This document shows, piece by piece, positions 49,203-59,526 of a DNA stretch of 64,000 bases; position 1 is the first letter of the stretch; each line of letters starts with the position of its first letter. The notes under the pieces are model-generated. The model was not told the DNA's origin and did not search any database. It saw only the letters and a program-made list of their open reading frames with translations. Both the position numbers and the translations under genes were made by a program. The DNA is taken from IMG/VR virus record IMGVR_UViG_3300026290_000001, one strand, 5' to 3'. Origin of the DNA: a virus.

Positions 49203-52003
49203 ATAATCACTTCTTCCAACTTGTACTTTTTATTCAAGTAAACAATACCCCCTTCTTTATTAGGCATGGGAAAAAATATAGATTCTTTTGTGTTTGATTT
49301 AATATTTGAAAAAATATACTTACCAAAGGAATTCCATAAAATATCTTTGTTTGAACTTTTATATTCACAATAAAATATTTCAACTAAATAATTAGTTAAT
49401 TCATATGCGTATGAACATATTTCAAACATTCTACTTTTAAAGTCATCATAAATATTATTTACAATACGATCAGATTCTTCATCAAATTGCTCTTTGTTGG
49501 CATTTTGATTAATACCCATAGTATTCAAGTCTTTTAATTCTTTCATAAATTTTTTATACTCATTTAATACTTTCTGATAGGTTTCTTGATTTTTAGGAAT
49601 ATCATTTTTCATATATAATTTATACAAATCACCTATTTTACTTGTTTTTAATTTACTTTTAATATCAAAATCAACATTTTCAATATGTTTACACAATAAA
49701 TTCATTACACTGTCACTATCAATTACTGGTAAAAATCTATAATATGCATCCACAAAAGACTGTTCTTTTTCATTACAATTTTCCTTAATTAATAGTTCAT
49801 TTAATGTTAATCCAAATTTTTGCTGACTAGACAAATCGTTACTTTTGACATATTTTTTATATTTATTATAGGTATTTTTATAAAGATGAATAAAAAAATA
49901 TGGATGTTTATCCAATAATATTTTATTTAAAAATTCCTTTTCTTTTTTAACTTTTTCATCATCATCTTTATAAATTTTTTGCCTTTCAATCCAAATCTTA
50001 GGAATGCCCTTAACTTTTTTACCTATTTTTGCTTTATCAATTTGAGCAGATTGAAGTTTCGTACACATTTTTAATCTATTTATCAATGTTTGATATTCCA
50101 AACTTTCTTTATTAAAAAGAGGGAGTAAGGCATAAGCACTTGTACTTTTATTTGTTATAGAGCCTATAGTGGAACCAAAGGCGAAAAGATCAGCTTTATA
50201 TAAATCTTCTTCTGTAAATACCATAGATATAGATTTAGGTGCATCATAAACCACTGGCAACTCATCTTGAAATATTGAATTTAATATTGTTTGATCAGAA
50301 GTAGTTGCAATAATATCAAAATCCCAATCACTTCCAGCCCAATTAAGAGTTTCATAACCATGTATATTTACTATTACTCCACCATCATCACAATACTTAT
50401 ACCATTTATTTAATTTATCATGATTAATTAAATTTAATTTCAAATGTTCTGATTTATAAGTAAGTGGTGCTCTCATTGAATCTACGATACAAACATTTTT
50501 TTTATTCCAATAATTACAATAATACTCTTTTTCTTTAAGCAATCCAGTAACCTTTTGCCCGCAAATATGTTGCATCATAGCATAGGGATCACTTACTAAA
50601 ACCTGAAAATTTCCATCTAAAATAATTTCACCAAGACAACCTCTTTTTATGATATTGTTAGTATATTTATAAACTTTATCTCTGATATATTTATCATTTT
50701 TTAATTCATGATTAACTATCAAACTTTTTAACCAATAATTATTACTATACTTTAAAAAATATTGAATACTTTCTTGAGTTATATTTTCTCCTAATAAAAA
50801 TAATAACGTATAATATATATTATCAAAATTGACCCCAGTAACCCAATCAACAAAAGGAGTACAAATCTTCTTAATATCTTTTTGGTTTAAATCCAAAGTC
50901 TGTAAAAATTGATAATTCATTTTTAATATATCATTAGGTTTTTTAGGAGAAGTTAAACTAACACCCCATTTTAAATCATTCATCTCGCAATTATGTATAT
51001 ATTCTTCTAAACTACCAAACGCATTCCAAAGTTTAAATTGACTTTCCGATACAACCACATCGATATCCCTTAAATCAACCTGTATTGGATTATTATTGTC
51101 TTTGTATATAGTATTTATTATATAATTACCATGATTTTCATTTTCACAATATTCATCTATATCAAATACGCAGAGCATCCCTTTCAGAAAATTCTGCCTG
51201 ACACAAAATTGACCAGGAATATAATCTAATCCTAATTCTTCTGCCCATTCTTTAGCTTTACTTGGTTTAATCAACCCTTGACCATCAAACCTATTAAAAC
51301 TCAACTCTACTTCTTTAATTACAATATCATCATCTTTATTTTCTTCTGTTTCAGTTACAAAATTAACATTAACTTTTTGCTTAATTTCATAATCAGGCAC
51401 TACACAAAATTTAGGCGTACTTACTATTTTTGTAGATGAACCCGACAATCCTTTATATGCATTGTATTTAGAAGGGCATAGGGGTATATTTTTATCTCTA
51501 TTATTATCTAAAATTTCATTAAGTTGATTTAAAATTTTCTCGTTGCAAAATACCACTGTTGAAACTCTGGATTGACTGGCAGATGATGATAATCTAAAAT
51601 ACCGTTCAGAATTTAATAATAATCCATTTTTAAATAAATAATTATAATGTGAGTTATGTTCCATTACTATAGTTATGTACTCAGGAATAAAAAGCATATC
51701 TAAAATATTATTTTGTAATTCTATTATTCTACTTGAGTTTTCCTTTGAATATATTTGTTTTTTTAACCTATCTCTTTCTTTATACCATTGTTCAAGTTGT
51801 ATATAATTAATTTCTTTACCAGTTATTTTTCTAATACTTCTAAGAATTTGATTGTCTGATAAAGCAATTAACTCACCATTTTGTTTAGCTTGTTGTGGAG
51901 TTAATTGTATATCATACCCATATTCTTTAAGCCTAGATGATTTAAATTTCATAGTATATAATTGTCTATTTATCAATATTTTTTGCCTCCAATAAATCTT
52001 CAT
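49199..52003 (-). CDS. large hypothetical protein (replication/recombination module candidate)
   Basis: 934-aa ORF overlapping both neighbours (operon); no unambiguous catalytic motif recognised by eye. Confidence 0.4.
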   Translation of the reverse strand: MKIYWRQKILINRQLYTMKFKSSRLKEYGYDIQLTPQQAKQNGELIALSDNQILRSIRKITGKEINYIQLEQWYKERDRLKKQIYSKENSSRIIELQNNILDMLFIPEYITIVMEHNSHYNYLFKNGLLLNSERYFRLSSSASQSRVSTVVFCNEKILNQLNEILDNNRDKNIPLCPSKYNAYKGLSGSSTKIVSTPKFCVVPDYEIKQKVNVNFVTETEENKDDDIVIKEVELSFNRFDGQGLIKPSKAKEWAEELGLDYIPGQFCVRQNFLKGMLCVFDIDEYCENENHGNYIINTIYKDNNNPIQVDLRDIDVVVSESQFKLWNAFGSLEEYIHNCEMNDLKWGVSLTSPKKPNDILKMNYQFLQTLDLNQKDIKKICTPFVDWVTGVNFDNIYYTLLFLLGENITQESIQYFLKYSNNYWLKSLIVNHELKNDKYIRDKVYKYTNNIIKRGCLGEIILDGNFQVLVSDPYAMMQHICGQKVTGLLKEKEYYCNYWNKKNVCIVDSMRAPLTYKSEHLKLNLINHDKLNKWYKYCDDGGVIVNIHGYETLNWAGSDWDFDIIATTSDQTILNSIFQDELPVVYDAPKSISMVFTEEDLYKADLFAFGSTIGSITNKSTSAYALLPLFNKESLEYQTLINRLKMCTKLQSAQIDKAKIGKKVKGIPKIWIERQKIYKDDDEKVKKEKEFLNKILLDKHPYFFIHLYKNTYNKYKKYVKSNDLSSQQKFGLTLNELLIKENCNEKEQSFVDAYYRFLPVIDSDSVMNLLCKHIENVDFDIKSKLKTSKIGDLYKLYMKNDIPKNQETYQKVLNEYKKFMKELKDLNTMGINQNANKEQFDEESDRIVNNIYDDFKSRMFEICSYAYELTNYLVEIFYCEYKSSNKDILWNSFGKYIFSNIKSNTKESIFFPMPNKEGGIVYLNKKYKLEEVII

Positions 52004-53210
52004 ACTCTAAAAAATTAAGTCCTAATTCTTTAAAATCATTCATTACATTATATTTATAATTACGTACTTTATAATGTGAATACAATAAAGAACCACTTCT
52101 ACTTTCTCGAATTCGTTTTCTAGGCATCATTAAAATATATCTATTTGCACCTTTTGATTCAACAAATTTTAATTCCTTTAATATCAATTTTGCAAGATTA
52201 AGAATATTATCAGGATAATTATTAACCATTTTAAATCTAATATTATCAAGTTTATGATCATCTTCTAAAAATAATAGATAAATAGGTTTATTATTAAATC
52301 GAGATAGTTCTTGCTTTAATTTATTTAATTCTAATTTTCTTTCTTCTTTATGTTTTTGGAATTGTTTAAAATATGATTCTTCATTTTTTCTAATAGTTTC
52401 TTGTCTTTTTAACTCTTTTTCCTTCTTTTTATCAGAATATTGTTTATTTTTATTAAATACTTCTTCTGAAAGTAAAAAATTATTATTTTTAAAAATGAGT
52501 CCATTAATATCAATAATATATTTCTTAATATCTTTATCAAAAGATATTAATTTATTATGCAACAAATGTCTTTTCTCGTTATCATAATATTTACCATTTG
52601 CAATTTTAAATCTAAAATCACTTAAGCCCAATATATTCAAATGAGTATAATTAAACATAAATAATTTGTACATTGGATCAAAATAAAAACCTGTAAATTG
52701 TTCTATTGCTTTATCTCTAAACCTATTTCCTATTTCTGCTTTTTCAATATATTTATCCGTCCCTAAAATCCAAATATCATTTATATCTGCTAATTTATAT
52801 AATTCATGTCTTTCTAAACATTCTGTTGCTATTGGACTACATTGAAATTCGAAAACAAATCTTTTATCACCTATTTCAAAATACAAATCAGGTCTTTGCC
52901 TAGTTTCTGGTATATATGATTCTAACTTTATATTTGATAAACCATCTTGCTTTAACAACCAATTATAAAGCATTATTTTACCTTTAATATGTTCGTCTGT
53001 TTCAGGTTCATAATAAATACCTTCACAATTAATATTTTTTTCTTTATGTCTAAAATATGGATAAACTATTTCTCCGTGACAATACTCATAAAAATTACCA
53101 CAATCGGGACAAAGTAATCTATTTTCTTCAGACCATTTTTTTAGAATAAATTTATCATATTTACCATCAAAACAATTAATAATTGTATTACCAATCTTAC
53201 AAGTTAACAA
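51966..53210 (-). CDS. CoiA-like nuclease-family protein
   Basis: N-terminal CPDCGN...YPYFRHK...C...ETDEHIKGK..LYNWL and ...RQRPDLYFEIGDKRFVFEFQCSPI... match the competence protein CoiA family pattern (zinc finger + nuclease core). Confidence 0.55.
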   Translation of the reverse strand: MLTCKIGNTIINCFDGKYDKFILKKWSEENRLLCPDCGNFYEYCHGEIVYPYFRHKEKNINCEGIYYEPETDEHIKGKIMLYNWLLKQDGLSNIKLESYIPETRQRPDLYFEIGDKRFVFEFQCSPIATECLERHELYKLADINDIWILGTDKYIEKAEIGNRFRDKAIEQFTGFYFDPMYKLFMFNYTHLNILGLSDFRFKIANGKYYDNEKRHLLHNKLISFDKDIKKYIIDINGLIFKNNNFLLSEEVFNKNKQYSDKKKEKELKRQETIRKNEESYFKQFQKHKEERKLELNKLKQELSRFNNKPIYLLFLEDDHKLDNIRFKMVNNYPDNILNLAKLILKELKFVESKGANRYILMMPRKRIRESRSGSLLYSHYKVRNYKYNVMNDFKELGLNFLEYEDLLEAKNIDK

Positions 53211-53226
53211 TAAAATTATTCCTCCT

Positions 53227-53466
53227 TTAAACAGACAATATAAAAGCTAAAAAACAAAATGCGATAATGCCAATCACTATATTTGCAGTTGTATTTGCAA
53301 CCGGATCAATAGTATTATTATTATTTTGCTTTACACTTGAATTTAAATAAAAATTACTATTCCTTTTTGCATTTCTCTTTTTTCTATCATTCTCTCTTAA
53401 TGCATAAGTAACTCCTCTTGCTATTGACCTATTTAAAACTCCATAATTTCTGGGTCTCATCATCAT
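53227..53466 (-). CDS. small tail-anchored membrane protein (uncertain)
   Basis: 79 aa, basic N-terminus, C-terminal hydrophobic helix; overlaps other frames. Confidence 0.2.
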   Translation of the reverse strand: MMMRPRNYGVLNRSIARGVTYALRENDRKKRNAKRNSNFYLNSSVKQNNNNTIDPVANTTANIVIGIIAFCFLAFILSV

Positions 53467-53486
53467 AATTTTTATTCCAACCTTCC

Positions 53487-53702
53487 TTAATTAATACCCA
53501 CAATATCATCCATATCCTGTGCCAACTCACTATAATATTCTTTCTTACATTCCCAATCACACCAAGGTGTTTCTGATCCTTCAGGTAATTGTTTAGAACA
53601 TTTCCAACAGTATTTAAACAATTTTTCCTTAACTTTAAATCTACCGAAACTAGTATTATTAATACCATTATTATATTTATCTTTTATTTCTCTCATTTCC
53701 AT
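53487..53702 (-). CDS. small zinc-ribbon protein
   Basis: 71 aa with CWKC...C.WEC motif. Confidence 0.25.
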   Translation of the reverse strand: MEMREIKDKYNNGINNTSFGRFKVKEKLFKYCWKCSKQLPEGSETPWCDWECKKEYYSELAQDMDDIVGIN

Positions 53703-53997
53703 ATTTCCTTCTCTTTCTAATTACTATTTGCAATACCTCATCTGTATTATTAAACAACAATAAATCTAAATTATTGCCACATACAAAATTAGATACAATT
53801 CCATCTTTGTCTACTTTTTTCATAACCGCCCCATCTTCCTCAAAAAGCAAACTGCTCCCTTTAATTATTTTTATGTATGCTTGTTCTTTTGCCATATATA
53901 TACCATCTAATAAATTTGAAATATTAATTATACCTGTCTCATCTTCCAATTCAAATTCTGCATTATCGTTATAAATTAACTGACCGTATAATATCAT
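53677..53997 (-). CDS. hypothetical protein
   Basis: 106-aa ORF. Confidence 0.25.
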   Translation of the reverse strand: MILYGQLIYNDNAEFELEDETGIINISNLLDGIYMAKEQAYIKIIKGSSLLFEEDGAVMKKVDKDGIVSNFVCGNNLDLLLFNNTDEVLQIVIRKRRKYGNERNKR

Positions 53998-54186
53998 ATA
54001 TAAACCTCCAATTTTTTATTTAATTCTCAGCCTACATTCTTAAACTTTAAATCTTACCTAACCCCCCTAAATTTTTATACACATTTTTACTATACTTACT
54101 GTAGAATTTCACTCTAAATTCAACGTGAATATGTTTTATGAAGTTCTATATGGTTAGAGTAGCAAAAGCGTTTTTAGAGTGAAATT

Positions 54187-55014
54187 CTATTGATTAGATA
54201 GTAATTTTTCTTTATGTTCCCTTACACGTTTAATTGCTAAATTAAAATATTGATCATGTGGTTCACTCAGACTCCATTCAAAACCTATGTAATTTCTTTC
54301 AGTATTTAAACAAGCTATCGCTGTTGTGCCTGAACCTATGCAATTATCTAAGACTAAATCTCCTTCATTTGTATATGTTTTAATTAGATATTCAAATAAT
54401 TTTACTGGTTTTTGAGTGGGGTGTGGTAATTTTTCTTTAGAATTTGAATTAACTATAGGATTATATATTACAGTTGATGGATTTTTTAATTTTGCATTGT
54501 ACACATCATAACTTCTTCCAGCATAATCTGTATTAAAAACAATTTCATTATCTTTTCTTTTTGAGATAGAACTTCTAAAATTAATATTATTATTTTCTTG
54601 CATTTGTTTCATTCTTTCGCTTTTACGTTCTATCATTTGTCTATTATATGTATATTTATTTTTTGCAAATATTAATATATTTTCATGATATTTTAAATGT
54701 CTATATTTTGCATTTGCAAAATTACTCGCTCTATCTTTTTCCCATATTAGTTCTTCTTTAAACCAATCAATATTACTACAAATTAATTTGCTTGTAAATG
54801 GTTGACTTGCTGTTAATACTATAGCACCATTATCTTTTATAATTCTTTTATACTGTTCCCAAAGTTTATCAAAAGAAATTAAACTATCCCATTTTGCTAT
54901 TGTAGTTCCATAAGGTAGATCACATAAAATCATATCTATACTTTTATCAGGTAATAAACACATACCATTTTCACCAATACAATCTTCGTTATAAATAGTA
55001 TTTAATTTAATCAA
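54187..55014 (-). CDS. DNA methyltransferase (N6-adenine/N4-cytosine amino-MTase)
   Basis: Motif IV-like ILCDLPYGTT near N-terminus and SAM-binding LVLDNCIGSGTTAIA near C-terminus. Confidence 0.75.
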   Translation of the reverse strand: MIKLNTIYNEDCIGENGMCLLPDKSIDMILCDLPYGTTIAKWDSLISFDKLWEQYKRIIKDNGAIVLTASQPFTSKLICSNIDWFKEELIWEKDRASNFANAKYRHLKYHENILIFAKNKYTYNRQMIERKSERMKQMQENNNINFRSSISKRKDNEIVFNTDYAGRSYDVYNAKLKNPSTVIYNPIVNSNSKEKLPHPTQKPVKLFEYLIKTYTNEGDLVLDNCIGSGTTAIACLNTERNYIGFEWSLSEPHDQYFNLAIKRVREHKEKLLSNQ

Positions 55015-55089
55015 TTATGTATTATTCCTCCTATATTTATATTACTAAAATAATACTACGACTCAAAATTAAAAAATTATTTCTTACTC

Positions 55090-55413
55090 TTAATCTTTTT
55101 TCTCTTTCTTTTCCTTAGATTTTTTTGCCTTTTGTAATCTTTCTCCCATTTCTTTCTTTTGAGCCTCAGTTAACTTTTTCTTTTTGGTTGGTGCTCTAAA
55201 TGAAATCAACTTCTTATCACAAACAAATTCTTTTCCCACTAATTCATTATCTTCATCAAATTGATCACTAACATGCTGATATGATTCAGGATACTGTTTA
55301 CAAAGTTTATCCAGTTTGTTTAAATCTGCACGAATAAAAGTTATTATTTGTGCTTTTTTAGAATCTTCATCAATCCCTACGCAAGTATAACGCTCCATTT
55401 TTTCTAATGCCAT
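55090..55413 (-). CDS. hypothetical protein with Lys-rich C-terminal tail
   Basis: 107 aa, C-terminus KKKKLTEAQKKEMGERLQKAKKSKEKKEKKD. Confidence 0.3.
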   Translation of the reverse strand: MALEKMERYTCVGIDEDSKKAQIITFIRADLNKLDKLCKQYPESYQHVSDQFDEDNELVGKEFVCDKKLISFRAPTKKKKLTEAQKKEMGERLQKAKKSKEKKEKKD

Positions 55414-55454
55414 ATGTATAAATTCCTTCTTTCATTTTTATATTAATAAAATAA

Positions 55455-56204
55455 TTAAAATTCCACTAATCTATTTTTCGCTATTTCACAATATTTTTCT
55501 TCTAATTCAATTCCAATACATTTACGTTTAAGATTTCGTGCCGCCAATAAAGTTGTTCCTGAACCACAGGTAAAATCTAAAATAAGATCGTTTTCATTTG
55601 TGTATGTATTAATTAAATATTCCATTAATTCTAATGGTTTTTGTGTAGGATGAAATAAATTATTATTTGGATTTGCAAAATTTAATATATTTTTAGGATA
55701 ACCTTTAGCATTACTATTTCCAAAATGCTTTTCTTTCCCAAAAGTATATTCTCCATCCACTTTATTTTCTCTACTTGGTCTATTATTATTAAATTCTCCA
55801 TAAATTAACCCTTGCGGATTATAAATGCATTGATTTTTATAAAAAACTAAAACATCTTCTATTGCTCTCATTGGTTGTTTTTTAGCATTTAAATGACCAC
55901 TTGGTTTAGTTTTTATCCATTTCCAATCATATTTATATTCTTTAATATTACTAATTCTTAAAAAACTACTAAAAGGTTCTCCTCCAAACAATAATGTAGG
56001 TGTTGTATTTTTTGTTAATTTATGTAATCTATCCCACATGTCATTAAATTTGATAATTTCATCCCATTTACATTTAGTAGTACCGTATGGTGGGTCAGTA
56101 ATTATTGCATCAAATTTAATACCTTTCTCAATAATCTTATCCATTACCTCTAAACAATCACCTTGAAATAATCTTATGTATTCGTCTTTATAGTATAATT
56201 TCAA
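55455..56204 (-). CDS. DNA methyltransferase (amino-MTase), paralog of 56249-57034
   Basis: IITDPPYGTT motif and LDFTCGSGTTLLAA SAM-binding motif; N- and C-termini near-identical to neighbour, central region differs. Confidence 0.8.
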   Translation of the reverse strand: MKLYYKDEYIRLFQGDCLEVMDKIIEKGIKFDAIITDPPYGTTKCKWDEIIKFNDMWDRLHKLTKNTTPTLLFGGEPFSSFLRISNIKEYKYDWKWIKTKPSGHLNAKKQPMRAIEDVLVFYKNQCIYNPQGLIYGEFNNNRPSRENKVDGEYTFGKEKHFGNSNAKGYPKNILNFANPNNNLFHPTQKPLELMEYLINTYTNENDLILDFTCGSGTTLLAARNLKRKCIGIELEEKYCEIAKNRLVEF

Positions 56205-56248
56205 TTTATGTAAATATATCTCCTTTCATTTTTATATTAATAAAATAA

Positions 56249-57034
56249 TTAAAATTCCACTAATCTATTTTTCGCTATTTCACAATATTTTTCTTCTAAT
56301 TCAATTCCAATACATTTACGTTTAAGATTTCTTGCCGCTAACAATGTTGTCCCTGAACCACAGGTAAAATCTAAAATAAGTTCGTTTTCTTTTGTGTATG
56401 TATTAATAAGGTATTCTAATAGTTCAATTGGTTTTTGAGTCGGATGTAATTTTTTCCCTGACATACTAGCGTTGCTTAAAGTATAAATACTTGTTGGATG
56501 TCTATCTTTATATTCTTTATGCCCCAAGTCTTTTATGGTATGTCCTTCTCTTAATGTGCTATTTCTTGAACCATAAAATGTTTTATTAACTTTTTTTATA
56601 TCATCTCGTTTTGTTTTTTGAGGATAATAATTCATTTCATTACCTTTTGAGAAAACTGCTTTTGCTTTACTAAAAATTAAAATATTTTCATGTACTCTAC
56701 CTACTTGAAAATTCATCATTTGAAAATTAGATGGTTTTACTTTATCCCAAATAATTTCATATCTAAATAGTTGAGGATTACTCATAATTAAAGCACTCGT
56801 AAAAGGTTGAGAACCATTCAATACTATTGCACCTTTATCTTTGATTAATTGAGTAATTTTATCCCACATCTTATCAAAAGGAATTATCGTGTCCCATTTA
56901 CATGCTGTAGTACCATAAGGTGGATCAGTTATTATCGCATCAAATTCAATACCTTTCTCAATCAATTTATCCATCACTTCTAAACAGTCACCTTGAAACA
57001 ATCTTATGTATTCATCTTTATAGTATAATTTCAT
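56249..57034 (-). CDS. DNA methyltransferase (amino-MTase), paralog of 55455-56204
   Basis: IITDPPYGTT and LDFTCGSGTTLLAA motifs; upstream/downstream non-coding sequence also duplicated. Confidence 0.8.
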   Translation of the reverse strand: MKLYYKDEYIRLFQGDCLEVMDKLIEKGIEFDAIITDPPYGTTACKWDTIIPFDKMWDKITQLIKDKGAIVLNGSQPFTSALIMSNPQLFRYEIIWDKVKPSNFQMMNFQVGRVHENILIFSKAKAVFSKGNEMNYYPQKTKRDDIKKVNKTFYGSRNSTLREGHTIKDLGHKEYKDRHPTSIYTLSNASMSGKKLHPTQKPIELLEYLINTYTKENELILDFTCGSGTTLLAARNLKRKCIGIELEEKYCEIAKNRLVEF

Positions 57035-57377
57035 TTATGTAAAAATTTCACTTCCTTTTTATATTTATATTTATAAAATAATAAAATCCTAAAATCTAAT
57101 AAATAAATTATATATATCTCCTACTATCACGTTTTCCCAACTTGTCAAATAATCCACATAGTTTTAAATACCTAACCCCCTCTCTTGTTAGTTTATTATT
57201 TAAAATTAAATAGGTTTTTGGTTTGGGTGTAGTGTTAGTGTTTATTGTATTTATCATATAGTTATTCCTTTCTATATTTTGATGTTTTGTCACTTGGTTA
57301 TTTAGTTACTTAATTACTTGTATTTATTATAGCAGGGAAGAGGTGAAAAATCAAGGGTATTTATATTAAGAATTTAA

Positions 57378-58139
57378 TTAATTTTGATTATTATTTTTTT
57401 GTGTTTCACTTCTTTGTAAATTAGATTGAATTTTATCAGTGTAGACCAAACCTTGTACTTCTACCTCGCATTTAACTTGGTTATTAAAATTCTTTTTGTC
57501 GTCATATAGACCAATAAAAGTAGTGCAATAATGCTTTTCTTTTGTCCAAAAATCATTATTGTACCTAATTAAATGCAATTCATCTTGAAGTATTTTATTA
57601 TATCGTTGGATGGTACGGGAATCAGTCACCAATTGTTTTAATTTTCCTTGTGTTAAATATCCAAAATTGTTTTGAGTATTAGTTGCTCTTCTACAGGCAA
57701 TGAAATATCTTATCAAACTAAATTTTCCCAAATTGGAACTGCTCAAATATTCAAATATACTATCTATCTCTTTATTTTTAATAATCAAATAATCATTAGC
57801 AGGGGTAGGTGGCAATTCAACATAAAAAAGAAAATTTTTATTAATAATATCATCTGTAGAAATAATATTATAACGTAAATCATAAAAATTAATTATTATT
57901 TTTTTATCTTTCAAAGAAGATAGTACATTTATTAATGTTTTTACAATTCGTTTGTTAGAATTACTATTTATATACATATAATCACAAAGCATTTCTATAT
58001 TACATAAACTAATTGAATGATAATATATATAATTTCTATATAATAAAATAAGTACTGTTAATTCTTCGTTAGATATATTTAAGTCATCATACCATTTATT
58101 AGGTATTATAATAGTTGACTCTTGTAAATTGCTATTCAT
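57378..58139 (-). CDS. hypothetical protein
   Basis: 253-aa ORF. Confidence 0.3.
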   Translation of the reverse strand: MNSNLQESTIIIPNKWYDDLNISNEELTVLILLYRNYIYYHSISLCNIEMLCDYMYINSNSNKRIVKTLINVLSSLKDKKIIINFYDLRYNIISTDDIINKNFLFYVELPPTPANDYLIIKNKEIDSIFEYLSSSNLGKFSLIRYFIACRRATNTQNNFGYLTQGKLKQLVTDSRTIQRYNKILQDELHLIRYNNDFWTKEKHYCTTFIGLYDDKKNFNNQVKCEVEVQGLVYTDKIQSNLQRSETQKNNNQN

Positions 58140-58156
58140 ATAGTATAAAATCTCCT

Positions 58157-58351
58157 TTAATAGTTTTTATATTTTTCTTTAAGTAAAAGAAGATCACTAA
58201 CTGCATTATTAAATGCTGTAGTTTCAACAAATGAATATTTAATGATTTCTTTTCGAGAATTATTATCAATTTCATTAAATTTATAATATCTAAATCCTAA
58301 AAATGAAAGTGCTTCGGCCAGATATTTTTTATGTATTACCCGATAAGTCAT
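58157..58351 (-). CDS. hypothetical small protein
   Basis: 64-aa ORF. Confidence 0.2.
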   Translation of the reverse strand: MTYRVIHKKYLAEALSFLGFRYYKFNEIDNNSRKEIIKYSFVETTAFNNAVSDLLLLKEKYKNY

Positions 58352-58602
58352 GTTTTGCAGATACTCCTTTATTGTTAAAATTTTTATTGCATCACCATTT
58401 TGGTGTCAAAATCTTAGGTTTGAATGTAAAGTAACACCATTTTGGTGATGCAATACGCAGAAAGTAACACCAAAAAGGTGACAAGAACACAGTGAATATA
58501 TTATTAAATAGTATATATTATTAAATTAATTATAAATTAATATTTTTTGCTTACGCAATAACCAAATTGTTTTATGTATATATTTATATTAATGAAATAA
58601 TA

Positions 58603-59526
58603 CTAAGGAATAATACCGTATTGTTCATATAAATGTTTTTGCGGAGCAAATTCACCGAAATATTTCTTTTCTGCTTCTAGTCTTGCTTTGATTGCATCAT
58701 CTTTATTTATAAATGAACCCAAATATATTTGTTGTTTATTACATGTTATTTTAGCAACCCATTTATTATTTTGATTAAAAGAAACACCAATAAGTCCAGA
58801 AAATTTAGATACTTCTTTATTCATTCCATTTTGACTTTTAGTTGCAATTCTTAAAAATTCTTTTCTATTATCATTTACATTATGGAATATATGATCAACT
58901 TCTACTTTTTTATCATCTAAACAATTCATTACAAATCTATGCATAAAGACAATACGAGTTTCGTTTAAGTGTGTTATTAAATATCCATCTTTATCAGTAA
59001 ACCAATAATAATTTTTTATTTTATGATAATCTTCTAAATCAAAATAAAATTCTTCTCCTTTTAAAGTGTATCCAATTCCGTATTCTCCAGATAAATCATA
59101 TGTATTATATTTTTTATTAGTTTTACTTACTATTTCTTTTTGTAAACAACCGCAAGATTTAGTTTTATTTGCTCTTAATCTATTACCTGAAACTAATATT
59201 AAACTATTTTCTCCTCCGCAATCACATTGACACCACCATTGAATTTCTTTAAAACCACTTGGAGAAATATAATCTTCTCCTCGTTTTAAAACTGTCAATC
59301 TTTCAAATTTTTGTCCTGTTAAATCTTGAAAATATTTAGATGTACAACCACATGATTGAGTATTGCCTGATTTTAAATTACCTCCTTTAACAATAATTTC
59401 TTTTCCATCACAATCACATTTACATAACCATTGAGTAGAACCTTGTACATTGTTTTCTGCTCTTTCTATCACTGTTAATTTACCAAACTTTTGTCCAATT
59501 AAATTTTTAACTTTACCTTTAGGCAA
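58603..59526 (-). CDS. HNH homing endonuclease with AP2-like DNA-binding domain
   Basis: Two N-terminal repeats GQKF(G/E)(K/R)LTV...W.C.CDC.G; HNH core HRFVMN...VDHI.HN..DNR; C-terminal SGLIGVSFNQNNKWVAKI...IYLGSF...AIKARLEAE resembles AP2 domain. Confidence 0.65.
   Translation of the reverse strand: MPKGKVKNLIGQKFGKLTVIERAENNVQGSTQWLCKCDCDGKEIIVKGGNLKSGNTQSCGCTSKYFQDLTGQKFERLTVLKRGEDYISPSGFKEIQWWCQCDCGGENSLILVSGNRLRANKTKSCGCLQKEIVSKTNKKYNTYDLSGEYGIGYTLKGEEFYFDLEDYHKIKNYYWFTDKDGYLITHLNETRIVFMHRFVMNCLDDKKVEVDHIFHNVNDNRKEFLRIATKSQNGMNKEVSKFSGLIGVSFNQNNKWVAKITCNKQQIYLGSFINKDDAIKARLEAEKKYFGEFAPQKHLYEQYGIIP

Noticed and set aside
49199-52003. Assigning the 934-aa protein as primase-polymerase or RdRP-like polymerase
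   Set aside because: Only weak motif-like strings (for example CVFDID, GSDWDFD) with no supporting second and third motifs; insufficient by eye
53429-53668. 79-aa ORF overlapping both 53227-53466 and 53487-53702
   Set aside because: Mutually overlapping frames; retained the two with membrane-anchor and zinc-ribbon features and dropped this one
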